DNA from: Macrostomum hystrix
Taxonomy: Eukaryota > Animalia > Platyhelminthes
Direction: 5' to 3'
Assembly: GCA_950097015.1 (NCBI GenBank)
Contig: CATNEN010000009.1
Coordinates: 1,550,001 to 1,614,000 of the forward strand
DNA length: 64,000 nt
Part shown: positions 38,138-49,520 of the stretch, piece after piece
Layout of the letters: each line of letters begins with the position of its first letter
Position numbering within the stretch: position 1 is the stretch's first letter
The notes under the pieces: generated by a model
The model's database searches: none
Told to the model about the DNA's origin: nothing
Seen by the model: the letters and a program-made list of their open reading frames with translations, nothing else
Translations under genes and position numbers: made by a program

Positions 38138-38439
38138 ATTGAACAACGCTGAGCAAGGGTTTTAATGAACATCGTTAAACTATGTCTATGGGGGATTTCC
38201 ACCACAGATTCTATATTATCTGGTAATATAGGTAATATAGAATCTGTGATTTCCACAGGGAATTCCCTTTGAATTCTTGTATTTCAAACGTTATAAGTGT
38301 GTATTTTCATGGAGAAACGCTGGGATTCCCGCCATTAAATACCGCGGGAGTTTTAATGGACGACATTAAATAGAATAGAAACCCCGGTGGAATGTCTATG
38401 GTGCAAACAGAACCGCTGGGAATCCCAGCGTTGCTCAAT
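38138..38439. mobile_element. Putative MITE/foldback-like element with terminal and internal inverted repeats
   Basis: attgaacaacgctg (38138-51) vs cagcgttgctcaat (38426-39), 13/14 inverted match. Internal perfect 16-bp inverted pair 38203-18/38233-48 and 15-bp pair 38316-30/38418-32. No coding capacity. Confidence 0.5.
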
Positions 38440-40624
38440 TAAAATATATACCGGCTTATCGGTCTTACAAATCTTACATTTAACCACATTGGCTTTGCAT
38501 AGTTCACTGGTACTATATAATATATAATATAATATAATATTTCCAGCGCTTTAAAAGTAAATAAATATTTATTCATATATGACGCGATTGTCAAAGTCCT
38601 ACAGAACATTGAAAAAATGTTAAAAAATACTACCCTAAAGCAAAAAATGGAGCTTGCAGCTTGATCCAATCACGATCCAACATAATTAAATTAGTATAAT
38701 AATCTACCCATTTAATAATTGGTTAAACCTGCCAAGATTGTTGGACAGCTATGCTGCAGACTGCAGCTATGCTAGGATATGCAGCTAACACCACTGGCCG
38801 ACGACACTGCCGCAGCTATCGCGCTTCGTATCTGAAGGCTGCAACAGCTAGCTTGGAAGTCCATAGACAGGCAGACATGCACAGTTTTGCTTAAGGTCAT
38901 AAATTTTGTTCCTTCCATTGAAGTCCGGAATCGAAACCCTAGCCACCCTCAAGCCGTGAGTCCGACGCTTAAACGAGTACGCTACAAGCACTATAAATTA
39001 CTGCTCGTGAGCAAGACAAATGCCACACAAGAATATAGGCTTTTGAATAATTTTCTGGTTAAACGAATGTGAAATTAAAGCCTATTGGTGATAAAAACAA
39101 AATGGACAAAGCAATAATTGCAAAAAGAAATACATGTTCTATATACTCGATGCTGTGGATAGTGTTTTCTAATGTTAATGCACTCATTGGTCAAAATGTA
39201 TCGCAGCGGCAATTTTACGAAATTTTTAATTATAATTTTGAAATTAAGTCACGTATAGAGTAGTTATGAAAGAGTTTTCAGAAGTGAAAGATGGCTTTTA
39301 ATCGATTCTTAAAAATAGCCTTATATCCATGAAGAACAAACAATGGCTAAATAAGAAACATCGTTTAAGTATGCTTAGTTGCTCATTTTCTAAAAATTAC
39401 TTTAAATTTACGTCTCGAATTTGCCCTATGTGCCCTTTTTAATCGTTAGACGAAAATGCATCAACTAGGAAAATCACCTGTATTGTATGTTTTATGTGGA
39501 CGGACGGCAACTTAATTTATTTCAAGTCTTTCATTTGTAGTTCTTTTGTGCGCTGCTTTAACGTAACTGCAGCTCACTCCGGGTGTTCAGTTAGAATGCT
39601 TAACGAATAAGTGCAAAGGGCACAGTCAAACAAAAACTGTATCCTTTAATATCCTATCCTATCGCTTAAAAAATGAAAAACTTTTTTTCTATGTTTTTTA
39701 ACATTAATAAATAGAAAAAACTTAAGTTAAGTCAAATCAAACTAGCAGCGAAACCGAAAATGATCTGTTTTAAACATATTTAGGATTTTTGCCATCTTGT
39801 AGCTCTGAACATATTGAGCGCATACAATTTGTAAAACCTTGATGAAATGACACAACACCCGTGTATAATATAAATGCCTGACCATTTTTTCTTTAAATCT
39901 TTCTTAAAATTAAAGTCAACATTCTAATAGTTAGCTGCTAATTAGTTTTTTATTAATTTATCAAGTATTTAATTATTGTGAATTAGTTTATCCTCATAAG
40001 TGAAAATTGTGAAGAATTGAGTGAATCAGTCAGCAGTTAAATTGTCAGAAAGGTACGCGCTCACAATCGCATGCAGCGCGGGTCATTTATATTGATATTA
40101 TTTTATCAGCAAGTTGGCATCAATGAACATATATTATTTGAACAGTATCAATGTATATACTGGCTAGGATAGGCAAGTAATAAATTGACAATGTGCTCAC
40201 GTGTACAGTGGTGCACTAAATGAAAATTAATAATATTTTTAAGCAGCGGAGCTCTCACAAAAATATATATAACTACTTCGAGATATGAAAAACGAGAAAT
40301 TCTGTTTTTCAAATACTTATGAACTCTATAAACTGTATATGTGTATCACATTTCAACAAACGACAATATTATGCATATAAAATTATGAAACCTACAATAA
40401 AAGTTAAAAAAAATTATTAACTCACTATGCATACCTAAATATTATATTAAAGTAGTTTATTTAGAAAGCTACAAATTTCTATATGTATGCCATTTATATA
40501 TGGTTACAGTATGATATATAGTTCAACATATATGCCATTGGTTGTAGATTACACAATAATACGAGTATTAGGTGTAACTTCTATTCGAATCTCTTAATTC
40601 GGCTAGAGAGAACTATTTGAAACA

Positions 40625-40860
40625 GCAGGGTTTCACAACAACAACAAAATATGCTGTCCAGGTGAAAATAGGCATGCCTGACCTGAAAGCATGCAGTTCA
40701 TCGCATGGGTGACCTCACTGGCCGCACAGTGGATATGCAGCACCTCAATGGGCACCTTGTCTGGACCAAGCGCTTTGCCACCCAGTGTCTTCTGAGCAAG
40801 CATCACTACATTGGCAATTGTACCTAGCGCTACACTGAAGCTCTTCTCCAACAGCAATGG
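40625..40860 (-). mobile_element. Decayed non-LTR retrotransposon fragment (RT N-terminal linker, RTE-like)
   Basis: GKALGPDKVPIEVLHIHCAASEVTHAMNCML resembles the GPD..motif region and aligns with GPDEVSLRLRCVAAQVRGVMNRVL at ~48080-48140. Confidence 0.55.
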
Positions 40861-41665
40861 CGTCTCTGGCGGTAGCATCAGGATGTTGTCAGGGTTTTCA
40901 TTGCCCTTTGTGAATGGACCATATAAGATTATAAGCTAATCTATACTGTGTCTAAACACTATGCACAATTAAATTAAGTTATTCTGATATAGTATCTTGC
41001 TTTTTAAATTGGAGTAAAATGCTAGGGTTAAGGAACACTGCAGCTTCTCATATGCAACTCCATCCTATAACAGCAACCCAATAAATATATTCAAGAGTAT
41101 CGATTCCTGCTGCCATAAGCAAACTTTGGACATTTTAGAGGCTATGTACATGTATAAAGATCAGAATGCTATCCTCAACTGCCAGCTAGCTATGGGGGTG
41201 CTAGCCATCTACTCTGTTTTAGCTTGGAGTGTGTTCTGCTGCACCGTTTGCTCTCTCTCTCTCTCCTCTCTCTCCCTGGCCTTCTATTCATATTAGACTT
41301 GACTAAACCTGATTTGACCATAGATCGAATATAAGCTAGATCTATGGATTTGACTGAAAATTACAATATGTACTAAGGTACATCCATTGATTTCAGAAAT
41401 ATATTTATGAAACTACTGTGTTCACTTTTATTCACTGACCTAATAATGACCAATAAGGTCGAAATGGATTGGCTGATTAAAATTAAATATATAATGTTTA
41501 TTCTATATTTCCTTTAAATTAAGTAAACTAATTTATCAACACATCAATATTTTCACAAAGTTCAGAATATTTTTTCTCATTGTTATGTTAGACTTTTGTA
41601 CTGTTTTGATCAAAAATTTTCTATAAGTTTTTATAACTTACTGTTTCACTTTCAGCTGCTCGCTT

Positions 41666-44539
41666 ATGGATTCAGCGCATCTTAAAAATGCTAAAGCTGC
41701 TGCGTACATACAATATGCAGTCAGTCTACTCCAGTGTGACATAATTGCAATCTTAAAGAAAAAAAACCTTGCAAGGACAAACAAAATGGACTTCAATAAC
41801 TGTCTTCAAGATGTGCAGAAAAATGTCAAAAAGTTCCTTTCTGACTTGGATTCCCAAAAAATGCTTCTCGGGACTTTGAACAGGGCGAGAGAAATTAGAA
41901 ACCGCTATTCACACCACGATTTTGATGCCAACCGTTTTGAGCACGACATGGAGTGTCTACTGAAGCTGGCATCCTTGATGGGACTGAACGAGTGCCGAGA
42001 GAAAATCATGGAATTTGTTGGAACTGTAGCCAATGAATGGGAGAAGCTGAAGGCCGAGGGAAACGAGCATTACAAAAGTGGAAGGTGGGCGGAGGCCATG
42101 GACTGCTACACGAAGGCGATCCGAGTCAATGCGAAAGTGCCAGTTCTGTACTCCAACCGAGCCCTGTGTGAGATGCAACTGGCCAAGTTCGATTTGGCCC
42201 GCGAGGACACCGAAGACGCCATCGAACTGGACCCGAAGCAGGTGAAATTCTACCGCATCTTGTCTGATGCGCTCTTCAGGCTCGAGCTGTTCCAGGAAGC
42301 TCTGAGTGCTTGCGAAGACGGTCTGAAGCTCGATCCGAGAGACGAGGTGCTCATTTTAAGAGTACGAGATTGTAAGGCCTACATAACTGATAAGAAAATA
42401 AAGTCGCACCCTATTGCTGGGGGTATTGAGCAAATGATGAATCCAGAACTTTGCAAAAAGCTTTGCGACCAACATATGAAAGATCTATTTGAATCTGATG
42501 CTACACCTGACGAAGTTGGCCTAGTGGACCGTGTTAATATGGAAACCGCTCTGGAAATCAATAAAGCGCACCGTATTTTTCAACCAAACAAAGATAGCCT
42601 TGAAGCTCAGCGAGAAGCGTTTAAAATATTTGAATCTGCTGCAAAGCGTGGCAGTGCAGAGGGACTGTACAATATGGCAATCATGCACAAGGACGGAATG
42701 GCTGGGCTGACCTGTGACTCGAAGAAATATCTTGAATTATGCCACAAAGCTGTCGAGCAGAAGCCCTTTTTAAAATTCCATTTTGGAGCCATTTTTCCTA
42801 ACATTGGCGTCGCAGAAGCAGAGAACTCCATTGCTATGGCGTACAGAGACGGGCTAACCGTTGATCGAGATGAAAAAGTTGCCTTCAAGTGGTTTCTTAA
42901 GTCTGCAAGGCATGGCTGCCCATCCGCAATGAACAATCTAGGCTTGGCTTTGCGGAATGGTGCGGGCTGTGAAATCAATCTAAAATCGGCTCGCTGGTGG
43001 CTCCAGAGATCCGCTGACCGTGGCCAATCTGAGGCCTTAGTTAATTTAGCTGGTATGTTAGAAAACGGTGAAGGAGGACCCATTGACGCACCGAAAGCCG
43101 TGGAGCTTCTTAAGGCTGCTGCTGATCAGGGCTTTCCCGATGCTCTTCTGGAAATGCAGCGTCTGATGCGATCTGGGGCTAGCGGAGTCGGACCGCTTAA
43201 CGAATCTAAGAATTTAGTTCAGAGAAGAGCCGATTCAGATGAAAAGGAGGCGCTATTTGTCATGGGAATAAACTATATGTTAGGAGAAGGTGGATTTGTT
43301 CAAGACTTCGCCGAGGCTGAAAAGTATCTCAGGAAGGCATCCGATATGAGTCATGAGAGAGCTGTCTTTGTCCTTGGACTCGTTCTTCTACATCAGAGAA
43401 AAGACAAGGATGCCGTGCAGTTCATACGGAGGGCTGCAGAGAGTGGTAATAAGGACGCTCAGCAGATCCTTGGCCAACTGTTGGCTTTTGGTCATGCCTG
43501 TGAACGCGATGAAATTCAAGCCCGCCGATGGCTGCTTCGTTCAAACGAAAAGCCGGATTCCGTTGATGATTTAATTAAACTAGGCGCAACCATTACCGAC
43601 TTTGAGGCTACAAACAAGCTTTCACAGTCTGGTCTCACCTGCCCTGAGCGTATAGAAAGATTCATGGTGTCTTTCGCTCCAAGCGAGATCATAAAAAAAT
43701 CTCTCGAAGAAGTCCTCAAGCTTTTTAATCCGAATCAACTGGCCCTACTCCATCCAGCGCATTCTGTATGTAATTCCAAGCTAGAAAAAACGATGCCGTT
43801 GATGGCGAATAGAGCTGCTCAGGGATCTAAAACCGCGCGAAAGTTTTTTTATGCTCTGAATCTTTTAAATAAAGCGTGCCTCGCATTGGAGAGTAAAAAA
43901 CCAGCAGATGCATTCCGGCTGTATAGACAAGCTGAAAGAACCTGGCAGCCCCTTCCAGTATCTACTTTTATCTGGAGTAAGCTTTCTGCTGCCGCTGAGG
44001 AAGCCTTTGAGAGCAATCCAAATGATGCTGATGCTCTGTTCGTCCTGCTGCACTATAAATCTGCTTCGAAACTTTACAGTACTGCAGAGCTTCTTCGCAT
44101 GGCCTTGCACTGCACGACCTTGAATCCTCGTGTTGCAGACTACCACAGCCTTTTGGGTAATTTGTATGGATTTAACGGTGATTATATCTCTTCGGGTAAG
44201 TCCATTGATCGAGCTCTTGAACTCGAACCGGAGCCTGAATGGCTGTACAATAAGGCGACTTCGTTGAGGCTTCAATGCAGCGAAGACCACCAAGCTGTTA
44301 TCAATGCATATGAACAGTACATTAAGTCGAGTGAACCAGATAGCCGCCAGGTTCCAAAGGCTTGGTACTGTATAGCTATGGAGCACATAGCCATGCATGA
44401 TAGAACAAAGGCAAGAGAGTATTTTCAGAAGGGGCTCCAAGCAGAGCATCCGGACGTGAGGCTGCCGTATTTTGAACCGGAAGATGATTTCCCTCCTAAA
44501 AAAATTCTTCGAGTATTGTTTTCATTGGGAGCTATGTAG
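41666..44539 (+). CDS. Paralog 2: HEPN-like domain with intact R-N-x3-H motif + TPR + SEL1 array + TPR, no MYND, 957 aa, intronless CDS
   Basis: Colinear with paralog 1. N-terminus ..LNRAREIRNRYSHHDFDANRFEHDMECLLKLASLMG (R78-N79-R-Y-S-H83). Ends at ..DDFPPKKILRVLFSLGAM* without a MYND finger. AG acceptor 41654-55 before the ATG. Confidence 0.92.
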   Translation: MDSAHLKNAKAAAYIQYAVSLLQCDIIAILKKKNLARTNKMDFNNCLQDVQKNVKKFLSDLDSQKMLLGTLNRAREIRNRYSHHDFDANRFEHDMECLLKLASLMGLNECREKIMEFVGTVANEWEKLKAEGNEHYKSGRWAEAMDCYTKAIRVNAKVPVLYSNRALCEMQLAKFDLAREDTEDAIELDPKQVKFYRILSDALFRLELFQEALSACEDGLKLDPRDEVLILRVRDCKAYITDKKIKSHPIAGGIEQMMNPELCKKLCDQHMKDLFESDATPDEVGLVDRVNMETALEINKAHRIFQPNKDSLEAQREAFKIFESAAKRGSAEGLYNMAIMHKDGMAGLTCDSKKYLELCHKAVEQKPFLKFHFGAIFPNIGVAEAENSIAMAYRDGLTVDRDEKVAFKWFLKSARHGCPSAMNNLGLALRNGAGCEINLKSARWWLQRSADRGQSEALVNLAGMLENGEGGPIDAPKAVELLKAAADQGFPDALLEMQRLMRSGASGVGPLNESKNLVQRRADSDEKEALFVMGINYMLGEGGFVQDFAEAEKYLRKASDMSHERAVFVLGLVLLHQRKDKDAVQFIRRAAESGNKDAQQILGQLLAFGHACERDEIQARRWLLRSNEKPDSVDDLIKLGATITDFEATNKLSQSGLTCPERIERFMVSFAPSEIIKKSLEEVLKLFNPNQLALLHPAHSVCNSKLEKTMPLMANRAAQGSKTARKFFYALNLLNKACLALESKKPADAFRLYRQAERTWQPLPVSTFIWSKLSAAAEEAFESNPNDADALFVLLHYKSASKLYSTAELLRMALHCTTLNPRVADYHSLLGNLYGFNGDYISSGKSIDRALELEPEPEWLYNKATSLRLQCSEDHQAVINAYEQYIKSSEPDSRQVPKAWYCIAMEHIAMHDRTKAREYFQKGLQAEHPDVRLPYFEPEDDFPPKKILRVLFSLGAM

Positions 44540-45220
44540 GAATTGTTATTGCGGAATGATTCACTCTGTGCTTCACCTGTCGTACGAGTCGACGCTTAGT
44601 AGAAATTTGAATTTAATGAAATGTTTATCACAATACCTGATGTTTTTATTAAAATATATATACTTTTTGTTCATAAAAACTCTGTTGCCAGCCGAACAAT
44701 CTTGTGTTCCTCCAGTTAATTCATTTTTTACTTTTAACGTTTGAGCATCCGCGTTGGACTATGTACTCATGTACTACTCGTACATGAGACGCTACATTTA
44801 CGAGTACATTTTTTCAACATGCATGTACTTTTTTGTTTTTGTTTACATGTTTTTAACAACACGAGCGAAATTATATTTATTATTCAGAAACTTTAAATCG
44901 TGTCTGTATTTGCACAAGTATTTTTCCATAACTTATCGGCCCTTTCACACAGCTATCAAACAAATCGTTTTATGATGTAAATGTATTTGCTGTGAAAAGG
45001 AAAGTAAACACTGTGTTCTAGCCTTGGTTGATGGTAACGTGAAATGGGCTTACACTAGTAGTTTTTAACCATTGATTGCTTCATCGACTCAGCTTGTCAG
45101 CGCAAGAATTTTTTCTCTTTGAATTAGTAGTTTTACTTTACTCGTACCTTTAGAGAAAAAAAACAAGGAAATTGTTAATTTTTCCTTCGTCTTATTAATT
45201 GACAGTAGAACTACCAACCT

Positions 45221-45620
45221 ATTTTGCCTCCCGTCTTTACACCAAGGGGGAATTCCAGCAGAATTTTTTGACGGCTTTGAATGCTGTCAGCGTTGGGTGG
45301 TGACTGATTGGTTGACAAACTAGACGATGCTGTCCTGACATTTAGGCTTCCTAATATTCCTAATGTCCTAATATTTAGGCGTCAGCCATGAAATTGGCGA
45401 AATTTGCATCAGGGTGTCCATAGTGGCCTATTTCCACCTGTTTTTGCCCTTGAAGGTCCAACAGTCCGTCTAGATGAAGATAGGTGACCACCGAAGTGGG
45501 AGATAATACAGGTACCTTCGGGTGACGTGCTGATAAAGTTTGGAGGCCTGGCGCTGCACTGAGGCGCAGTGCAAAATTGTGTGTAGGGAAATACACTAGC
45601 GCTTATGGGAAAAATCCTAC
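45221..45620. repeat. Dispersed ~380-400-bp element, copy B (homologous to 25801-26180)
   Basis: Same ordered conserved strings as copy A, same orientation. Confidence 0.85.
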
Positions 45621-46239
45621 CTTTTGTCAGAAGCTAGTTCTACTGTTAATAAAAAAAGAATGTTATATTTTTGTTATATTTTTATATTTTAGTTTTGTTC
45701 TTTTCATACTGTTGATTGTGTTTATTATCAGTGACAATGATTCTCAGAATGTTATGATTGTTTTTTTATATTTTAGAAAATAAGGAAATTATACAAATGC
45801 CCTACTTCACATTGCATAAACAGAAGTAGAACTTGTAGTATAAGCAAATATTATATGCGCCTATGTGATGGGAATTCAAGTAAAACTTCGAAGTTAATGG
45901 TGTTTAATTATTAATCATTTGAAGTGATCAAAGCTGTGATCATGATCGGATCATCTGAGCCTAGATATCATTTGATCACAGCACGCGATAAAAACTGATG
46001 CATAAAAGTCAGCAATCCTTAAATTAAAAAACTCGCTCGAGCTTAGTTAATACAAAAACATATGTTAGAAAGTAAAACGGCCCTTTTAGGGCCACGGTAT
46101 AAATAATGCTACGAAGTGCAAAGAAGGCGTGAGAGTTAAAACCAGACGGATGGTCTGAGTCAAAAGAGGGAGGTGCCCTCTTGTAATTTGAAACTAACAT
46201 TCTTTAGAACATCCTGGACATCGGGTGTTGAATACGTTT

Positions 46240-46900
46240 CCAGGTAAACCATTCTCGAAATTGGGGAAGACCAGTTCAGCCTATGGTCCAGGATGGTCCC
46301 TAGACATTTGGTTTGCTTACAGAAGGAAATTTCCTTTCCGTAAAGCCTAAGCGGCCGTATCTGCCACTTGTTCCTGCTGGTGAACACGATCACTGCAGTC
46401 TTTGTCTCCGAGCGCTTCAGACCACAGCGACCCGCCCATTGCTCAGCAGTGTGGATGAAATTCCGAAGCAGGTCCTTGAGAGTATCAGGGGATGGGCCAG
46501 ACGCCACAGCAGCCCTAGAGAAGCTCGGCAATGACCATAGGAGAGAAAAGAATAGGAGAGAGCACCCCTCCCTGCGGGTTTCCTTTCGGACGCGGACCGT
46601 CCGAGCAGGACCGGCCCAGCAGGCTGGCGGTGACCGTGCTATGACTGATCATATACATGATCCATCTGGTGAGGGATGAGTGTGTGCGTCTCTCACATAG
46701 GGCTTTGCGGAACGTCTCGAAGAGGCAAATGCAAAGCGTTGTCAAAGACACCGTTGATGTCCAAGATCCAGAGCGAAGCCGTTGCCAAGCACAACTTTCT
46801 CCAGTTTGTCGACAAGAACGTGCAGCGCGCTTTCGGTGGAGCGACCCGCCCGAAAAGCATGTTGTATAGCAGGTTTACTTGCCGCCTGCTACCTTCTGCC
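46240..46900 (-). mobile_element. Frameshifted non-LTR retrotransposon RT fragment (R1/I/Jockey-like)
   Basis: Broken frames give LDINGVFDN, KGNPQGGVLSPILF, GLKRSETKTAVIVFT and KCLGTILDHRLNW, which correspond to LINE RT subdomains 3, 4 and 6-7; stops and frameshifts are present. Confidence 0.85.
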
Positions 46901-47429
46901 GACACTAACCGAAAGACTTGAACTCGTACTGACCACAGAGGCCAACAATTATGAGTGTGAGACTCACATCTCAAAGCTTCAGTGCTGGAGCATATCTACG
47001 AAGCAGTGTATTTTATATTCAAGCGATAAGGCACAAGTGTTTAGCAGTAGGGGGGTCAGAGAGAGATATATAACAGATAACACACAAGCAGTTATCTCTC
47101 TGCCCCGCGTTGCCATGGTCCCCAACCCAACACACCAGCCGCGAGCATTCTAGGCACGAGTTCGCAGGCTGATAGGGTGCATAGGTTCTCGGTCTCTGCG
47201 TCATTGCTTTCCAGGCCGTCAGGTCAGCCGGTCTGGCCCGCTCAGGTCTATTTTGAGCGCTGGGTGGGTCGAAATCCAGATGAAGGTCGCTGATTGAAAG
47301 GAGCACCGATGTAAGCGCTTTTCAAACGCTTACATGCTGGTTGTCGCTAAGCGGTGTGTTCTTCAGTTCCACTGAGAGAAGAAGCCATGGGACCAGTCTC
47401 TCCATCAGATTAACCAGGAAGGTGGTTAG

Positions 47430-48150
47430 GCTGATTTGTCTTCTGACGAGGACAGAAGGGCGAGGTCTTCGGGGTAGCCAAGCACGTTGAGGCGCTTCTC
47501 ATTATGGCGGCGACCAATGCGTCTGCGTAGCAGAAATTAGTCGTCTTCGGCTGAGGGCAGCGCTGTCCGAAGCACCCAGTCCAGGAGAAGCACGAAGAGA
47601 AACGGGGCCAGCGTGTCGCCCTGCGGAACTCCTGACGAGGTAGCAAACAGGTCGGAGAGGCCCTCCGCCGTCACATTATAAGCAGCGCGCGTGTCGCGAT
47701 ACAGCGACATGACCGCTGTAACTAGCTGCTCTTGCACCCGGTACGCACGGAGGATGAATGGGAGTGCGGCTCTCGACACCGAGTCAACGACGATCAGCAC
47801 TAACTGGCGGATGCGTGCCTCCTCGATGACACGGCGCAGTGCGAGGATCTGGGTCACCGTTGCGGCCGGAACCCGTTCTGTTCGTAACGGAGGTTACGGG
47901 CCCAGAACAGACTGCAGGCGATCGAGGAGCAGTCTGTTGAAAAGCTTCGCGGACATGAGTGAGATCGCGCGATGATCTTCCTTCCGCGTTGTCCCGGCCT
48001 TCTTCGGGATCGGCACGATGTGCGAGATAGTCCACTCGGTAGGTGCGGTGGCGCCGGCGAGCACGCGGTTCATGACGCCTCTGACTTGCGCAGCCACACA
48101 GCGGAGCCGCAGCGAAACCTCGTCGGGGCCGCTTTGCCGCCTGGTGTTCT
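47430..48150 (-). mobile_element. Frameshifted RTE-like non-LTR retrotransposon RT fragment
   Basis: EWTISHIVPIPKK..HRAISLMS.AKLFNRLLLDRL, EQNGFRP, TQILALRRVIEE, VDSVSR, GVPQGDTLAPFLFVLLLDWVLR and a YAD remnant. The FIDF.KAFD segment appears deleted and frames are broken. Confidence 0.88.
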
Positions 48151-49520
48151 CCGAGCAAAATTAAACAAATATTCTCCTTAATGCATAATTAATGAGCCTT
48201 TTACATAACGCAATATTTACATAACGCCACCCACCTCTCTGCACCTCCACCAAGCTAACTGTACAATGTCAAGCCAATCAGAACGTGGCATGGCTCGGTT
48301 GCACACTACGCAGGGTCAAGGCTGGGTCAACGAAGACTTTTCATAACGGTTTAAGCGCGTAACGACAGATCTCTCCCATATATAATATATAAATATAAAT
48401 ATATGTATAAATCACGCCTGACCCATAATAGAAAGAATGAAATCTGAAATAGACAAATGCTAAAAATAGGATGCTCGTATAAACTTGTCTCATTTTCGCA
48501 GTGAATTTACCGAAGCTAAAGCTGGAAATCTGTATCGTGAACTTATTAGCAACCGTTAAGAAGAGTGCGTCTTGTATATATGTACGGCTTCGCAATGGCA
48601 AGTGAAGTAACAAATTCTAATCTGTAAAAAATAATTAAATTAACAATACTAATAACTTTTTTAGATGCAAGAAATGCTTTTTCAATTGACACATCGATAT
48701 TAAAAGTTTTCAGGTGCATTACCGAAGCAATAAACTTCAGTTTTCGTTTTTCGTTTTTTTAATCTATATATGTCCTAGGCAACCTAAATTCTGCTTAGTG
48801 CGTGATCGAATAGCAATAATAATAACATTAGTTAATAGAACTATATTTTTTGTCTGGTTTATTAATTTTCAAACTATACTTTCTTGTATAAGTTTTATGT
48901 ACATTTAGCACACTGTATTGCTTGTTAATTCTTGCGAGCATTTAATAGCTCTTGATAGCATTTAATAATATAACTATTTCCTATAATTATTTTTCGTCAT
49001 TGGCTTTGTTCATTAACTCTATAAAATACTTTCTCATGCATGATTCTGTCAATACAAAAGTAAATAATGCTGTAATTATATTGTTTTTGCACTCCATTAT
49101 ATTATTTTATTATAATATTTATACTTGTTGTTTTATTAATAACATAACAGATAAACAATACATTATTACAATATTTATATAGCTTCATACATATCATTTT
49201 GCATCAGTTATCTATTTAGCTTTGCTTTCTAATCCTTTGTTAACAGTTCAGAACTTCAAATCAAACCAATCTGGCATATAGTACTGTACTCCTAGAGCCT
49301 CCTAGCCCTAATGGGTTTGATTAAAAATTGGGAACTCATCTGACCAGATGATGTGAACCCACTGCTTTCGGCACCAATGCCAATTAGCTCGAGGAAGCAT
49401 ACTTGTGCTCAACTTTCCTGAATGACATTGCTCGATTATCTATCGGATTTCAAATTATGTGGTAGGCTAGCAGCGATTTTTAATGCAAACAACTACATCG
49501 ATTTCAGTTCTCAAGTCGTC

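Noticed and set aside
45575-45605. Hairpin plus CTAG in the dispersed element as a Helitron 3' end
   Set aside because: Homology between the two copies continues past the CTAG, and the hairpin-to-CTAG spacing (about 23 nt) is longer than typical.
49422-49520. 33-codon N-terminal extension of paralog 3 in the ORF track
   Set aside because: It has no counterpart in paralogs 1 and 2, and contains an acceptor-like tttcag positioned like those before the other two ATGs; it is probably intron/outron sequence.
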